Part shown: positions 47,217 to 57,624 of the stretch, piece by piece
How the letters are laid out: each line of letters begins with the position of its first letter
Numbering within the stretch: the stretch's first letter is position 1
NCBI GenBank assembly: GCA_001779115.1
Contig: MFJF01000005.1
Coordinates: 142,888-206,887, forward strand
Length of the DNA: 64,000 nucleotides
Source: Candidatus Gottesmanbacteria bacterium RIFCSPHIGHO2_01_FULL_40_15
GTDB lineage: Bacteria; Patescibacteriota; Microgenomatia; 2-02-FULL-39-11
Direction: 5' to 3'
Program-made: the position numbers and the translations under genes
Notes under the pieces: model-generated
The model's input: the letters and a program-made list of their open reading frames with translations, nothing else
What the model was told of the DNA's origin: nothing
Databases searched by the model: none

Positions 47217-49148
47217 TCAACAATTGGATTTGGGTATTAAATTACTGACAAAATATTCCGTACTGCCAGCAGCACCGGCACTTTTGCAAACTTTTAATTT
47301 AACGATTCCCTCAGGCGCAACAAAATCGGAATGATTGACAAACTGAGAATAATAATCTATTAATATTTTCCAAATAGGAGCAGCTCCGCGGGAACCCGGA
47401 AGATTAGCCATCGGTTGCCCGTAATTATTACCGACCCAAACACCAACCGATATTTGCGGAGTAAATCCGATAGTCCAGGAATCTTTAAAATTATCAGTAG
47501 TGCCTGTTTTTACGGCAGCATTTGTTTTGGTATCTAAAATTTTTCCAAAAACTTCCCTTCTGACAAGCCTATCCGATAATATTGAAGTTAACAAAAATAC
47601 CGATTGCCGATCAACTACATTTTCCGGCAGATTTTTATGCTTGTAGATTATTTCATTTTGCTTACTTATTATTTTTTCTATGATATAGGGAGTATTTTTT
47701 AAACCGTTATTGGCAATTACCGAATAAGCACCGGTTAATTCCAATAGAGATACTTCACCGGTTCCCAATACCAAAGATAATCCGTAATTTTTCTTATCTT
47801 CAAGAGAAGAAATACCTAATAAGCGGGCAAAATCCAATACATTTTCAACGCCAATTCGGGATATTAATTCAACTGCCGGAACATTTAATGAATTTGACAG
47901 TGCCCGTCTGACAGAAACCGGTCCCCGGAATTTTCTGTCGTAATTATGGGGCTTGTATATTCCAGCGGGCGTGGTATATGCGGTAGGCACATCTTTCAAT
48001 TTTGTTGTCAGAGTGATATTCCCCCGGGATAATCCTAACAGATATACAACCGGTTTGAATGAAGATCCGGGTTGCCTCAACGAAAGAGCCATATTAACTT
48101 TTCCGATATCATTATCTTCCCAATCCGCGCTGCCGACTAAAACTCTTACAGCTGAGGTGTTTGAATCCAAAACGACAACAGCAGCATTTCCGGCATTTAA
48201 TTTTTTTATTTTTTCCACCTCTATTTTGACAATTTTTTCCGCAAACCGCTGCCAATCCAAATCAAGAGTTGTGTATACTTTCAGTCCGTCACCCACGATA
48301 TCCGGGCCGTAATTTTTTTCTATTTCATTTTTTATCATCAAAGCAAAATGAGGAGCATTCCTGTTAATACTCCTGTCCAATACAAAATGAACCGGTGTGT
48401 TTTTGACCTCGTAACCTACTTGCGCGGTTATATAGGAAGATTTAACCAATTCATTAAGAATCGCCGAAAAACGATTCTTAATTTGAGGATCCAATCCGTC
48501 TTCCGGTTTGAATTTCGAAGGAAAGGGCAGAACTGATGTGAGCAGAACTGATTCGGCAAGATTCAAGTCCTGGGTTTTTTTATCAAAATATGTTTCAGCC
48601 GCCGCTTCAATTCCCCAGGCACCACGGCCGAAATAAACAGTATTGAAATACATTTCAAGTATTTCATTTTTATTAAATTTCTTTTCAAGATAAATGGACA
48701 GGGGAATTTCCAAAAGTTTTCTCCAAACATTTTTATTACTGTTTAAAAGCACATTTTTTGTCAGCTGTTGAGTTAAGGTTGAAGCTCCATATGCCGGATA
48801 ACCTTTTGTAATATTGAAAAAAAATGCTCTGGCAATTGCTTTTACCGATACTCCGTTATGACGGTAAAAATCCCGGTCTTCAGAAATTAAAACTGCCTCC
48901 TTTAAGATTGAAGGTATTTTGGCAAGCGGAATAAAACGCCTTACTTTTGCCTGGCCAAATCCGAAAAACGGTCTTCCTTTTACATCATAAATAATAATTC
49001 CGGTATCATTATGGGATGTTAATCTTTCCTTAGAAACAAATTCTCCGTCAAAAGAATAAATTACCGACATAACAGGAATAATATAAAAGAAAAGTAAAAC
49101 CAATATCAGCACCGGTAAGATGTGTTTTTTCATGAAATTAATTTTCAC
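47217..49148 (-). CDS. Class A penicillin-binding protein (second PBP1A-type paralogue)
   Basis: 643 aa. GT51 (EDRDFYRHNG, GASTLTQQLTKN) and transpeptidase SGSSFKP, SxN and KTGTT motifs. Confidence 0.9.
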   Translation of the reverse strand: MKINFMKKHILPVLILVLLFFYIIPVMSVIYSFDGEFVSKERLTSHNDTGIIIYDVKGRPFFGFGQAKVRRFIPLAKIPSILKEAVLISEDRDFYRHNGVSVKAIARAFFFNITKGYPAYGASTLTQQLTKNVLLNSNKNVWRKLLEIPLSIYLEKKFNKNEILEMYFNTVYFGRGAWGIEAAAETYFDKKTQDLNLAESVLLTSVLPFPSKFKPEDGLDPQIKNRFSAILNELVKSSYITAQVGYEVKNTPVHFVLDRSINRNAPHFALMIKNEIEKNYGPDIVGDGLKVYTTLDLDWQRFAEKIVKIEVEKIKKLNAGNAAVVVLDSNTSAVRVLVGSADWEDNDIGKVNMALSLRQPGSSFKPVVYLLGLSRGNITLTTKLKDVPTAYTTPAGIYKPHNYDRKFRGPVSVRRALSNSLNVPAVELISRIGVENVLDFARLLGISSLEDKKNYGLSLVLGTGEVSLLELTGAYSVIANNGLKNTPYIIEKIISKQNEIIYKHKNLPENVVDRQSVFLLTSILSDRLVRREVFGKILDTKTNAAVKTGTTDNFKDSWTIGFTPQISVGVWVGNNYGQPMANLPGSRGAAPIWKILIDYYSQFVNHSDFVAPEGIVKLKVCKSAGAAGSTEYFVSNLIPKSNC

Positions 49149-49234
49149 TTTTAACGGATTTTTATTATTACAGCGGGATGTAAGAATGTTTTAAAAATAG
49201 GATAAGGAATATTAAGGGTTATTGCATTTTTGAA

Positions 49235-50260
49235 TTAATTCCAATATTTCCAGGTATTGTATTTTTCTTTAAGCATATCTTCACCCACACCGACCATCTG
49301 CAATCCTTTCAGATTATTGAAACCGATATCCAATAGTTTAGCCGCCCAGAGATCCCTTTTAAGAACCGAAGGAGCACCAAGGACTACCGTAAGCAGTTTA
49401 ACACCGTTCCTTCGGGCGAGCACTACAGTTGTTTTACCGGCCTTATCAGTATTGCCGATTTTTACACCCTGGACTTCGGGATATACCCCCAATAAACCAT
49501 TCCAATTATAAAGATCATATTGTTTATGATTTTTATTTTTGGGAAGTAACTGATAATCTTTTTTTACAATTGCAGCTATAAGGGGATATTTAGTCAAAGC
49601 ATAGCGGGAAAGCAAGATCATATCAGCTGAGGATGAATAATTATCAGGACCGTCAAAACCCTGCGGATTATCAAAACTGGTGTTTAGCAACCCTAAGAAT
49701 TTGGCTTTATTATTCATGGCTTTGATAAAAACCGGAGATCCGTATTTGGAATCTATCCCTTCCTTAATCATTTCGGCGACATCATTGGCACTGGTTAAAA
49801 GGAGAGCATCCAATAATTCTTCCAAAGTCAATTTTTGTCCCGGAATAATTCCGATTTTTGTCGGTACCGCTTTAGAAGCTTTAACTGAAACAGTAAATAT
49901 TTCATCGGATTGCGCCAAATCCAAAGCAACAACAGCCGTCATTATTTTTGTCAATGACGCAATCGGTAATGGAATATTTATATTCTTGCTTTTTATTACA
50001 TCACCACTGTCAAAATCAACTACGGCGTAAGCTGAAGCCTGCTGATAAACTTCATTGTCTGCTGCCGTTTGTTGACTATCCAGTTTATTAAGCTGATATT
50101 GGTAATTTTTTATTTCCAACTTGGGGTTAACCGCTCTCATGACATCAGCGTTATAGGAAATTTCACTCAGAATAACATGGCGGCCAATTTTTCCGTTGAA
50201 AAAGACAGTTAGAAGGATTAAAATAACGGCTGAAATATTTAATTTTATCTTGGCTTTCAT
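49235..50260 (-). CDS. dacA: D-alanyl-D-alanine carboxypeptidase (peptidase S11, PBP5/6-like)
   Basis: 341 aa. Signal peptide, SxxK (ASLTK), SxN (SAND), KxG (KIGNT). Confidence 0.8.
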   Translation of the reverse strand: MKAKIKLNISAVILILLTVFFNGKIGRHVILSEISYNADVMRAVNPKLEIKNYQYQLNKLDSQQTAADNEVYQQASAYAVVDFDSGDVIKSKNINIPLPIASLTKIMTAVVALDLAQSDEIFTVSVKASKAVPTKIGIIPGQKLTLEELLDALLLTSANDVAEMIKEGIDSKYGSPVFIKAMNNKAKFLGLLNTSFDNPQGFDGPDNYSSSADMILLSRYALTKYPLIAAIVKKDYQLLPKNKNHKQYDLYNWNGLLGVYPEVQGVKIGNTDKAGKTTVVLARRNGVKLLTVVLGAPSVLKRDLWAAKLLDIGFNNLKGLQMVGVGEDMLKEKYNTWKYWN

Positions 50261-50290
50261 GAATTTTGAGATTTATCCGATTTGAACATA

Positions 50291-51649
50291 CTACCTAATT
50301 GCTGATGTTATTTCCCCCCCATCAGCAATTTTTACACCGAATTTATCCCTTAATCCTTTCCATAAATCATCACCGTCTTCAAAACCCAAAGCCCAAACTC
50401 CGACCCCCATCAAGTTTTTATCAAGGGCAAAATCATATTTAAGCGATAAGGAAGCTTCATCTTCAATAAAAACCATCCGGTACACACCTTCGTTTTTTTG
50501 GTAATAAGATCTGAAGCCAACCTGGCCGAATTCATCCCATCCGGTTTTATAATCGGAAAGTCCGGTATTGTCCGGTTTTATAAAACTTGAAACAATCGAG
50601 TGGGTTTGGGCGGGTTTTGGCAGGGATACAAACCTTCTGTAAAATTTCCGTCCGACTCTTTTTGAAACGTAGTAACCGTTGTTAACCGATGCTTTAATCT
50701 GCGGACTTTTTACGGGATAATTATAACCGTACCAAGGTAAGCCTAATATTAATTTCTCAGGCGGCATTTCAGCCAGAAAATCGGTAACAGCCGTTGAAAT
50801 GTCATACCAATATACTCCTTCCTTATGACCATATAATGGAGCTGTCGGCATTGCTTCTTTTGACGATGAGGTGGCAAAATCATAGGCCATCATAAATATT
50901 CCGTCCGTGTATTTCGAAAGGGATCCGATATCGTAAAGTTTGGGATCTTTAGCGGATGAAGCATAGACTGAAACAGTGACATAAGGATCAGACAGCCAAG
51001 AGTGAAACACTTCGGAAAATCTCTTAACGAACCGGCTAAATTTATTCCGGTAATTTGGACCGGGATTTCCCAGATATTCAAAATCTAAATTAATTCCGTC
51101 AATACCTCTCCGGCCCACCTCCCAAACCGCCTGCGCGATTGCTTTTTCCTGAGCTTTATTGTTATCCAGAAAAGCTTCAATCGTCGAATTGTCCATTTGA
51201 GTCAAAGTCAAGACAACCTTAGTTCCTGACTGATGAGCTTTGTTGAAAATTTCGGAAGCCTCATTACTTTTAAAGACTTTATAAGATTGGTTATCGCGGT
51301 TTAAGTTTCCGTTGTCATTAACTTCAATACCGAAATAGGCAAAGGTGGTCAGTACATTAAAATCTATATTTTTTAACTTTTCTCCGAATACCCAATAAGG
51401 AGCAAACCCGAAAATTTCATTTTGACGGGGGGGAGTTTTTTTTACCTCACCGGAAAAAAAAGTTACGGGAGAGATAATATCTAACTTAATATTTTCAGGA
51501 ATCAGAAAACCGGTCAGGAACAGAGCTGCGATAATGAAAGCAGGAAGCTTTTTAATTTTTTCGATTTTTAATAAAAACGATTTTTGCGCGAAAAAGCCGA
51601 TAATTCTTTTCAACTGGGGTATAAAAATTGTCATTGGCAGAAGTGACAA
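50291..51649 (-). CDS. Glycoside hydrolase family 18 (chitinase/peptidoglycan hydrolase-like), membrane-anchored
   Basis: 452 aa. GH18 catalytic DGINLDFEY (DxxDxDxE) motif. N-terminal TM. Confidence 0.75.
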   Translation of the reverse strand: MSLLPMTIFIPQLKRIIGFFAQKSFLLKIEKIKKLPAFIIAALFLTGFLIPENIKLDIISPVTFFSGEVKKTPPRQNEIFGFAPYWVFGEKLKNIDFNVLTTFAYFGIEVNDNGNLNRDNQSYKVFKSNEASEIFNKAHQSGTKVVLTLTQMDNSTIEAFLDNNKAQEKAIAQAVWEVGRRGIDGINLDFEYLGNPGPNYRNKFSRFVKRFSEVFHSWLSDPYVTVSVYASSAKDPKLYDIGSLSKYTDGIFMMAYDFATSSSKEAMPTAPLYGHKEGVYWYDISTAVTDFLAEMPPEKLILGLPWYGYNYPVKSPQIKASVNNGYYVSKRVGRKFYRRFVSLPKPAQTHSIVSSFIKPDNTGLSDYKTGWDEFGQVGFRSYYQKNEGVYRMVFIEDEASLSLKYDFALDKNLMGVGVWALGFEDGDDLWKGLRDKFGVKIADGGEITSAIR

Positions 51650-51758
51650 AGAAGTGACAATATACCAATCAAAAAAATAAAAGTCAAGAGGTAATTTTTT
51701 AAAAAAACAAGTTTAATGTGTAAGAGAAATGTAAAAATGAGAATCCGCTGGAAAAAGA

Positions 51759-52133
51759 TTAATTGACTTTTTTAGGGCGAAGATGTTTTTTGACAGTTTG
51801 AACCAAATGTTCTATTTCGAATGGTTTTGCGATAAAACCGTCGGCTCCGGACTGCACGGCAATTTGCCTGCCCCGGTTATTAGCGGAAATCAGTATAATC
51901 GGTATTCCGGCTATTTTACTGTCAGATTTAAATTGCTTGGTTATTTGCTCTCCATCCAAACCGGCTAACCAAATATCCAAAAGTATAAGATCGGGTTTTT
52001 GGGTATTTATTTTATTAAGAAGGTCACGCCCGTCTGAGATAATTGTTATTTTATAACCGCTTTCTTCTAAAATTATTTTCAAGACATCCAAGATCGCTTC
52101 ATCATCGTCGACAACAAAAATATGTTTTTTCAT
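51759..52133 (-). CDS. Single-domain CheY-like response regulator
   Basis: 124 aa. REC motifs VVDDDEAI...LILLDIWLAGLDG...K. Confidence 0.85.
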   Translation of the reverse strand: MKKHIFVVDDDEAILDVLKIILEESGYKITIISDGRDLLNKINTQKPDLILLDIWLAGLDGEQITKQFKSDSKIAGIPIILISANNRGRQIAVQSGADGFIAKPFEIEHLVQTVKKHLRPKKVN

Positions 52134-52335
52134 TTACTGTTTAATTTAACTTTTTCTAACTTTGATTACAAGTCCAATTACAAAACGCTTCCGTATAGTC
52201 ACAGGAGGCTATCCGAAAGCGTTATAGAGTTATTTGAGAGGATAGCTTAAACTTATCACCCTCAGAGGGTAAATAATAGAATTAATTTATCAAATGATTT
52301 CCGAGTATTAAATAAGAACAGCGTAAGAAATAATA

Positions 52336-52779
52336 TTAAATGACTACAATTATACCGGTCTTTTCCGGATTTAGATGATTATGATAGCCCCATACCCCGC
52401 TTGAATCAAAGGTAAAATAATAACTTTCTCCCCGTGTCGTACCTTCTTTCATTGCAAATCCGGGATACTGGTCGTGTTGCGGGTGGGGATCTGAGGCCAC
52501 CAACATCATTTCACCAGACCGGTTTTCAAAAAAAACACTGTCACCTTTTTTAACAGTTACTATCGCCGGGTCAAAGCCGTTATCCGTCATAATTACCCTA
52601 ACGGCATCAGACTGATTTTTGCTGTTTTGGATTTCACCCGGTGCTCCCCCAACCGGCGCTTTGAGAGCATCGGACACATCCGCTCCATTTCTGTCATTAA
52701 TAGCGGTATACGCCAAAAATAATATTCCACTAACAATAACAATACCAATAAAAATAAATTCAATCCGCCTTTTTTTCAT
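52336..52779 (-). CDS. Hypothetical membrane-anchored protein, possibly cupredoxin-like
   Basis: 147 aa. N-terminal TM and a beta-rich domain with a His-rich C-terminus (HPQH..., YHNH). Assignment is weak. Confidence 0.3.
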   Translation of the reverse strand: MKKRRIEFIFIGIVIVSGILFLAYTAINDRNGADVSDALKAPVGGAPGEIQNSKNQSDAVRVIMTDNGFDPAIVTVKKGDSVFFENRSGEMMLVASDPHPQHDQYPGFAMKEGTTRGESYYFTFDSSGVWGYHNHLNPEKTGIIVVI

Positions 52780-53013
52780 AGGATAAAACCTGTAATAAAC
52801 CCAAATAAATCAGAACAGAAGATAATATGAGATTGACATTAATAATTTTTGGAGGAATAAGAAGCTTATCATCCCTATTATTAACAAGCTTATCGGATTA
52901 ACAATAATTTTATCGGAATTTTTCATTTTAACTAGAGAAGGATTATTGAAAAATACTTTTAACCGTAATATATTTTTGGGTTATAAAAATGTAAGAATAA
53001 ACCGACGACTGAG

Positions 53014-53334
53014 TCAGTGAAGGGTAATCCCCGACATATGCAAAATAAGCCCGATTATCAGAAGAATAATTATCAGATTGGAAAGACCAGTAATGGCAAT
53101 TACTCCCAATATCGCCAAAAGCCATAAAACAAGAAGCACCATACCGATACCCCGCAGGGGAGAAGGTAAAACACCTATCACCCAGATAAAAACCGAAAGA
53201 AGCAAAAGGTCCAAAAACGAAACCGGATTACGGTTAATAAAAAAAAGCGCCCGATGAAGAATTGAAAATGACGGAATAGATATTATACCGGCTAACCAAA
53301 ATACTACCAGTAAAATTACTATTAAAGTAATCAT
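53014..53334 (-). CDS. Small hydrophobic membrane protein
   Basis: 106 aa, 3 predicted TM helices. No motif. Confidence 0.3.
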   Translation of the reverse strand: MITLIVILLVVFWLAGIISIPSFSILHRALFFINRNPVSFLDLLLLSVFIWVIGVLPSPLRGIGMVLLVLWLLAILGVIAITGLSNLIIILLIIGLILHMSGITLH

Positions 53335-53384
53335 TCCATTTTATTTTAATACCGGTACACTGTATACTTCAATACCATAAATAA

Positions 53385-54155
53385 ATGAATCTCCTGCAAA
53401 TAATTACCCTGTCAATTGTTGAAGGTGTGACCGAATTTCTACCGATATCCTCAACCGGCCATCTGATACTGGTTTCCGGCCTTTTAAAAATAATCCAATC
53501 GGACTTTGTAAAGACCTTTCAGATTTTTATTCAGGCGGGAGCAATTTTGGCAGTGTTAACACTTTACTTTAATACTTTAAGGAGAAACCGGAGAATCTTA
53601 TTTAAAATTTTTATTTCTTTTCTGCCGGCAGCATTAACGGGTTTAATTTTTTACCGGTTTATAAAGACTTACTTATTGGGAAATCAGTCCGTCACCATAG
53701 CGTCACTTATTACCGGCGGAATAATAATTATCACGATTGAAAAATTACTTAAAAATAATAACGGAAAAGTCAGCGATCTTAATCATATCGGTTTTTTCCG
53801 AGCTTTTATTATCGGTCTATTTCAATCAACATCAATTATTCCCGGAGTATCCAGAGCGGCAGCCAGCATTATAGGGGGACTGGCCGTCGGATTAAACAGG
53901 GAAACTGCCACAGTTTATTCATTTCTTTTAGCAATTCCGACAATTTCCGCAGCAACATTATATGATTTATATAAAGAAAAGTTTATTTTTTCAATTGAAG
54001 AAATGGCAATTCTGGCAACAGGAGTAATATTTTCTTTTTTCTCAGCCCTTATAACTGTCAAATTTTTAATCAAGTTTACGGCTAAACATTCATTTACGGC
54101 TTTTGGCGTTTACCGGATTATTATCGGATTACTGTTTTTGTTTCTGCTTTATTAA
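53385..54155 (+). CDS. uppP: Undecaprenyl-diphosphatase (BacA/UppP)
   Basis: 256 aa. MNLLQIITLSIVEGVTEFLPISSTGHL N-terminal signature of UppP and a second PGxSRSxxT motif (PGVSRAAAS). Confidence 0.9.
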   Translation: MNLLQIITLSIVEGVTEFLPISSTGHLILVSGLLKIIQSDFVKTFQIFIQAGAILAVLTLYFNTLRRNRRILFKIFISFLPAALTGLIFYRFIKTYLLGNQSVTIASLITGGIIIITIEKLLKNNNGKVSDLNHIGFFRAFIIGLFQSTSIIPGVSRAAASIIGGLAVGLNRETATVYSFLLAIPTISAATLYDLYKEKFIFSIEEMAILATGVIFSFFSALITVKFLIKFTAKHSFTAFGVYRIIIGLLFLFLLY

Positions 54156-54166
54156 TTTTTTGTTGA

Positions 54167-54808
54167 CTAATCCCTGCTTCTGATAAGAAAGACTTTTCCC
54201 TTTATTACCGTTATAGTGCAAATATTTCTGTTAATTTCGTTGCTTATTCCCCTTGTTTCGCTGCGTTTAATTTTTTTACCGGTCAGGTTATACCGACAAC
54301 CTTCAATTGTAAGAATTGCCGAGGAAGTAAAAGGGATTACTGACAAATACTTGTAATAGGCGGATTTTAAAACTGAAATTTTTTTATCAATAAGACTTAC
54401 TTCATTGTATTCATCTTTTATTACGGCAGGAATTCCGGCTTTTAAGAATAAATCCAGTAATTGCACCGTTGCCATTGAATGATCCAACCGGCTGCCTGTT
54501 CCCGACAGGATTACGACTTTGCGGGGCACCAATTTTATTGCTTCCAATATGGCCAGATGCATATCGGTGAAATCTTTTTTTTCAGGATATAACTTTACTT
54601 CCGGAACTTTTTCTTTTATTTCCTTTAATGTAACAAGGGAAGGCGAGTCAAAATCTCCAACAGCCAAATGCGGTATTATTCCCAGATTAATTAATTTTGC
54701 AGCAGCCGAATCAACAGCAATTATAAAATCTGAACTCTTAATTTCAAAAATGAGACGTTTGGTAAAAAATCCTCCGCCGATAATAACCAGTGTTTTTATC
54801 CGGCTCAT
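54167..54808 (-). CDS. thiN: Thiamine diphosphokinase
   Basis: 213 aa. GGG...IIAVDSAA...GDFDS catalytic motif of TPK and a C-terminal thiamin-binding domain. Confidence 0.75.
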   Translation of the reverse strand: MSRIKTLVIIGGGFFTKRLIFEIKSSDFIIAVDSAAAKLINLGIIPHLAVGDFDSPSLVTLKEIKEKVPEVKLYPEKKDFTDMHLAILEAIKLVPRKVVILSGTGSRLDHSMATVQLLDLFLKAGIPAVIKDEYNEVSLIDKKISVLKSAYYKYLSVIPFTSSAILTIEGCRYNLTGKKIKRSETRGISNEINRNICTITVIKGKVFLIRSRD

Positions 54809-54821
54809 TTATTTAAGTTTA

Positions 54822-57005
54822 TCAGATAGCGGAAGGAACTGCAGGCTTATTCGAAAAGGGAATAGTGAAACTGAAAACAGAACCTTTACCCTTTCGGCTT
54901 TTTAAGCTAAATTGCCCGCCGTGCCTCTCAATTATTTCTCTGGAAATATAAAGGCCGATTCCCAAACCCGGATTATGTTCAATCGGGGATGTACCGACTC
55001 GGAAAAATCTTTCGAATATTTGTCCGTGATGTTCTCTATCGATTCCGATTCCGAAATCAGTCACTGCAATATATGCTTTTTCGCGAGCTGATTTGAGAGT
55101 GATAATTATTTTATCTTTTCCGGGGCTGAATTTAACCGCATTTTGAATTAAATTAGTCAAAACCTGGTTGATCCGGAAAGGATCACCATAAATTTGCCTG
55201 TTTATTTTTCCGCGAACTTCAATATTATGGCTGTTATGCAATATACTCATATCCGATTTCAACTCTTGAATCAACTTACTAAGATCGAATTTTTCAAATT
55301 CAAATTCCAATTTCCCATGCTGAATTTTTGATATCTCGAGAAGATCATTTACCAATAACTTTAACTTATCCACCTGTTTAATCATTTTAGGAAAATAATT
55401 ATGTGTTGACTTATCCTGATTTTTATTGAATTTTTTATTTAACAATTCCAGATAAATTATCAGACTGGTTAAGGGTGTTTTTAATTCATGAGAGGCTATG
55501 GAGATAAAATCATCCCTAAGAGTAACCGCTTTTTCAAGTTTTACAAATAGATCGGCATTTCTGATTGCCAAACTGATAATATTGACTAATTCTCCCATCA
55601 TAACCAAATGATTATGCGTTAAAGGTTTTCTGGATTCGTCTGTTAACAGGGAAATCCTTCCGGTTGTTTTACCATTTGTTCTGATCGGAAAAATTATGGC
55701 TGAAGTAAAACCGAATTTATTAATCTCATGTCTTAACTGACCATCTTTAATCATTTTATCAATTTCATCTTTTTTTATTTCCGGATAAAAAACCGGCTGC
55801 CCGGAAAATAGGGCTTTTCTGACCGAATCCGGAGTGATGTCAAACGAGGAGTATTTTTTTCTGAACTTTCTGGCCAATCTGATTTTTTCAGATTTTTTAT
55901 GCTCGAGAGCAACTTCCTCCGCTTGTCCGCCGGGAGTGTAAAGTTCTACTGAAAACCAGTCGGAAACATTGTCCACAGCCAGCCGGGCTATTTTTTTGAT
56001 ATTATTCCGGAAATCGGGTGATGAGATTAATATTTTACCGGCCTTAATCAGGAATTGGAGATTTCTTTCATATTGTTTTTTTTCAGTAATATCCCGGGAA
56101 ATTACCGATATACCGATGTTTTTACCGATTTGATTTTTATCGGGCGTCAGGGAGATTAAAACATCAAATAACTGATCACCTTTCCGGCAATGCTGAAACT
56201 CAATCCAGGGAAAAGATTTTCCTTTTATAACTGTTTTTAAAAGCTTATTCCATTGGGTTCTCATACCTATAGGAATAACAGATATCACCGGCTTTCCGAT
56301 CATTTCAAAATCCTTATAGCCGTAAAGAAACTGCGCCCCTTTATTCCAATCGGAAATTATACCCTTATTATCGATGTTATAAACGGCATATTCGGTCGAA
56401 TTTATTAAGATGTTTTGCATTTTAAGTTCCTGTTCAAGTATTTTTTGAGAAGTAACATCCTGAACTGTGCCTAATATTTTTATGGCTTTTCCATTTTTAG
56501 CCTTTACCACTCTGCCTTTGCCGTTTATTGTCCTGACAGTACCATCAGTTCTTACAATATGGTGATAATAATCAAAAGGTTGACCGGATTTTTTGGAATA
56601 TAGAATGATTCTTTTTATTCTGTTTCTGTCTATAGGGTGAATTAATATTAGAAAATCCTTCATAGCACCGGAAAAGTTTTCAGCCGTTATACTGAAGATT
56701 TTAAAAAGTTCAGAGGAACATATTAATCTGTTACTTGATAAATTCCATTCCCAATTGCCGATATAGGCAATATTTTGCGCATCTTTTAATTTGATATTAA
56801 CGCTTTCAATTTCATTTATTTTTTCACGGATAGCCTCCTGCATTATCCGGACTCCGGCAAATGTTTCGCTGAACGGTGTTTCAACTTTTGTCACGGGCAC
56901 ATTTTGAGAAAAGTCTCCCACAGCGGCTTTAACGAATATTTTTCTTAATTTCGACAGCTCACGACTGAAATCCGCTTTATTGGGTTTTAATTTTTTCTTC
57001 TTCAT
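54822..57005 (-). CDS. Multi-PAS/GAF sensor histidine kinase (cytoplasmic)
   Basis: 727 aa. Several PAS/GAF-like segments, H-box IASHELKTPLTSL, and N, G1 (DFGIGI) and G2 (GLGIGL) boxes. Confidence 0.85.
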   Translation of the reverse strand: MKKKKLKPNKADFSRELSKLRKIFVKAAVGDFSQNVPVTKVETPFSETFAGVRIMQEAIREKINEIESVNIKLKDAQNIAYIGNWEWNLSSNRLICSSELFKIFSITAENFSGAMKDFLILIHPIDRNRIKRIILYSKKSGQPFDYYHHIVRTDGTVRTINGKGRVVKAKNGKAIKILGTVQDVTSQKILEQELKMQNILINSTEYAVYNIDNKGIISDWNKGAQFLYGYKDFEMIGKPVISVIPIGMRTQWNKLLKTVIKGKSFPWIEFQHCRKGDQLFDVLISLTPDKNQIGKNIGISVISRDITEKKQYERNLQFLIKAGKILISSPDFRNNIKKIARLAVDNVSDWFSVELYTPGGQAEEVALEHKKSEKIRLARKFRKKYSSFDITPDSVRKALFSGQPVFYPEIKKDEIDKMIKDGQLRHEINKFGFTSAIIFPIRTNGKTTGRISLLTDESRKPLTHNHLVMMGELVNIISLAIRNADLFVKLEKAVTLRDDFISIASHELKTPLTSLIIYLELLNKKFNKNQDKSTHNYFPKMIKQVDKLKLLVNDLLEISKIQHGKLEFEFEKFDLSKLIQELKSDMSILHNSHNIEVRGKINRQIYGDPFRINQVLTNLIQNAVKFSPGKDKIIITLKSAREKAYIAVTDFGIGIDREHHGQIFERFFRVGTSPIEHNPGLGIGLYISREIIERHGGQFSLKSRKGKGSVFSFTIPFSNKPAVPSAI

Positions 57006-57017
57006 GTTTTTGAAAAC

Positions 57018-57380
57018 TTATTCCTTTAACCAGTCGATTGCATCTGAACGATTCCGGAAAATTGACATCTTATCTGATTTTCCCGCCGCGTAAAACATAA
57101 ATCTGGCTAAATGCATATAAAAAGTGTTGGCGCCGTATATGGCTATTTTTCTGAATGATATTCTTTTTAAAGCGTCAACAGTAATTTTTCTTGATCCGGC
57201 TGTTGATTTTCTCAGTTTTTTTAAATTAACGATTATATTTATCGGGATTTTCTTTTTATCCAATACGGTAATTAAAATATTCATTTGTTTAATCATAACA
57301 GCGGTCATTTCAGGATTTTGAATCCCGCGGTAAATTACGTTTATAAAATCGTTTTTGTCCTTAAAAACGCGGTTATACAT
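57018..57380 (-). CDS. Hypothetical protein (STAS-like?), first gene of operon with multi-PAS kinase
   Basis: 120 aa. Stop is 12 bp before the kinase start. Weak resemblance to STAS/anti-sigma-antagonist-like folds. Assignment is weak. Confidence 0.3.
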   Translation of the reverse strand: MYNRVFKDKNDFINVIYRGIQNPEMTAVMIKQMNILITVLDKKKIPINIIVNLKKLRKSTAGSRKITVDALKRISFRKIAIYGANTFYMHLARFMFYAAGKSDKMSIFRNRSDAIDWLKE

Positions 57381-57624
57381 TTCTGAAATAATAAAAAATG
57401 TTTTTCACGGAATTATTTTTCCAATGCTAAAGAATAATTGTAAGATAAAGGTAAGTATTTATGCCCCATAAAAAATAAATTGATCACTCTTCAATAACTC
57501 TTACTGATGTCTTAATTTCCTTTCACCCCGAATAATTATTCTTAACCTTCTGCTTTAATTTAAACCCGCCGCCTCATTTCAGAATAATCAGAAATTAAAT
57601 ATAAAATTTTATAAAATCATTAAT

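Noticed and set aside
47125-47334. 69-aa + strand ORF overlapping the PBP1A 3' end and the H-box mini-ORF
   Set aside because: Overlaps two better-supported features and has no recognisable motif.
52134-52335. 200-bp intergenic region with short imperfect inverted repeats (AACGCTTCCG...CCGAAAGCGTT; ACCCTC-a-GAGGGT) as possible sRNA or riboswitch
   Set aside because: Repeats are short and imperfect, with no T-tract terminator or recognisable riboswitch consensus. Could be checked by covariance-model search but is not supportable by eye.
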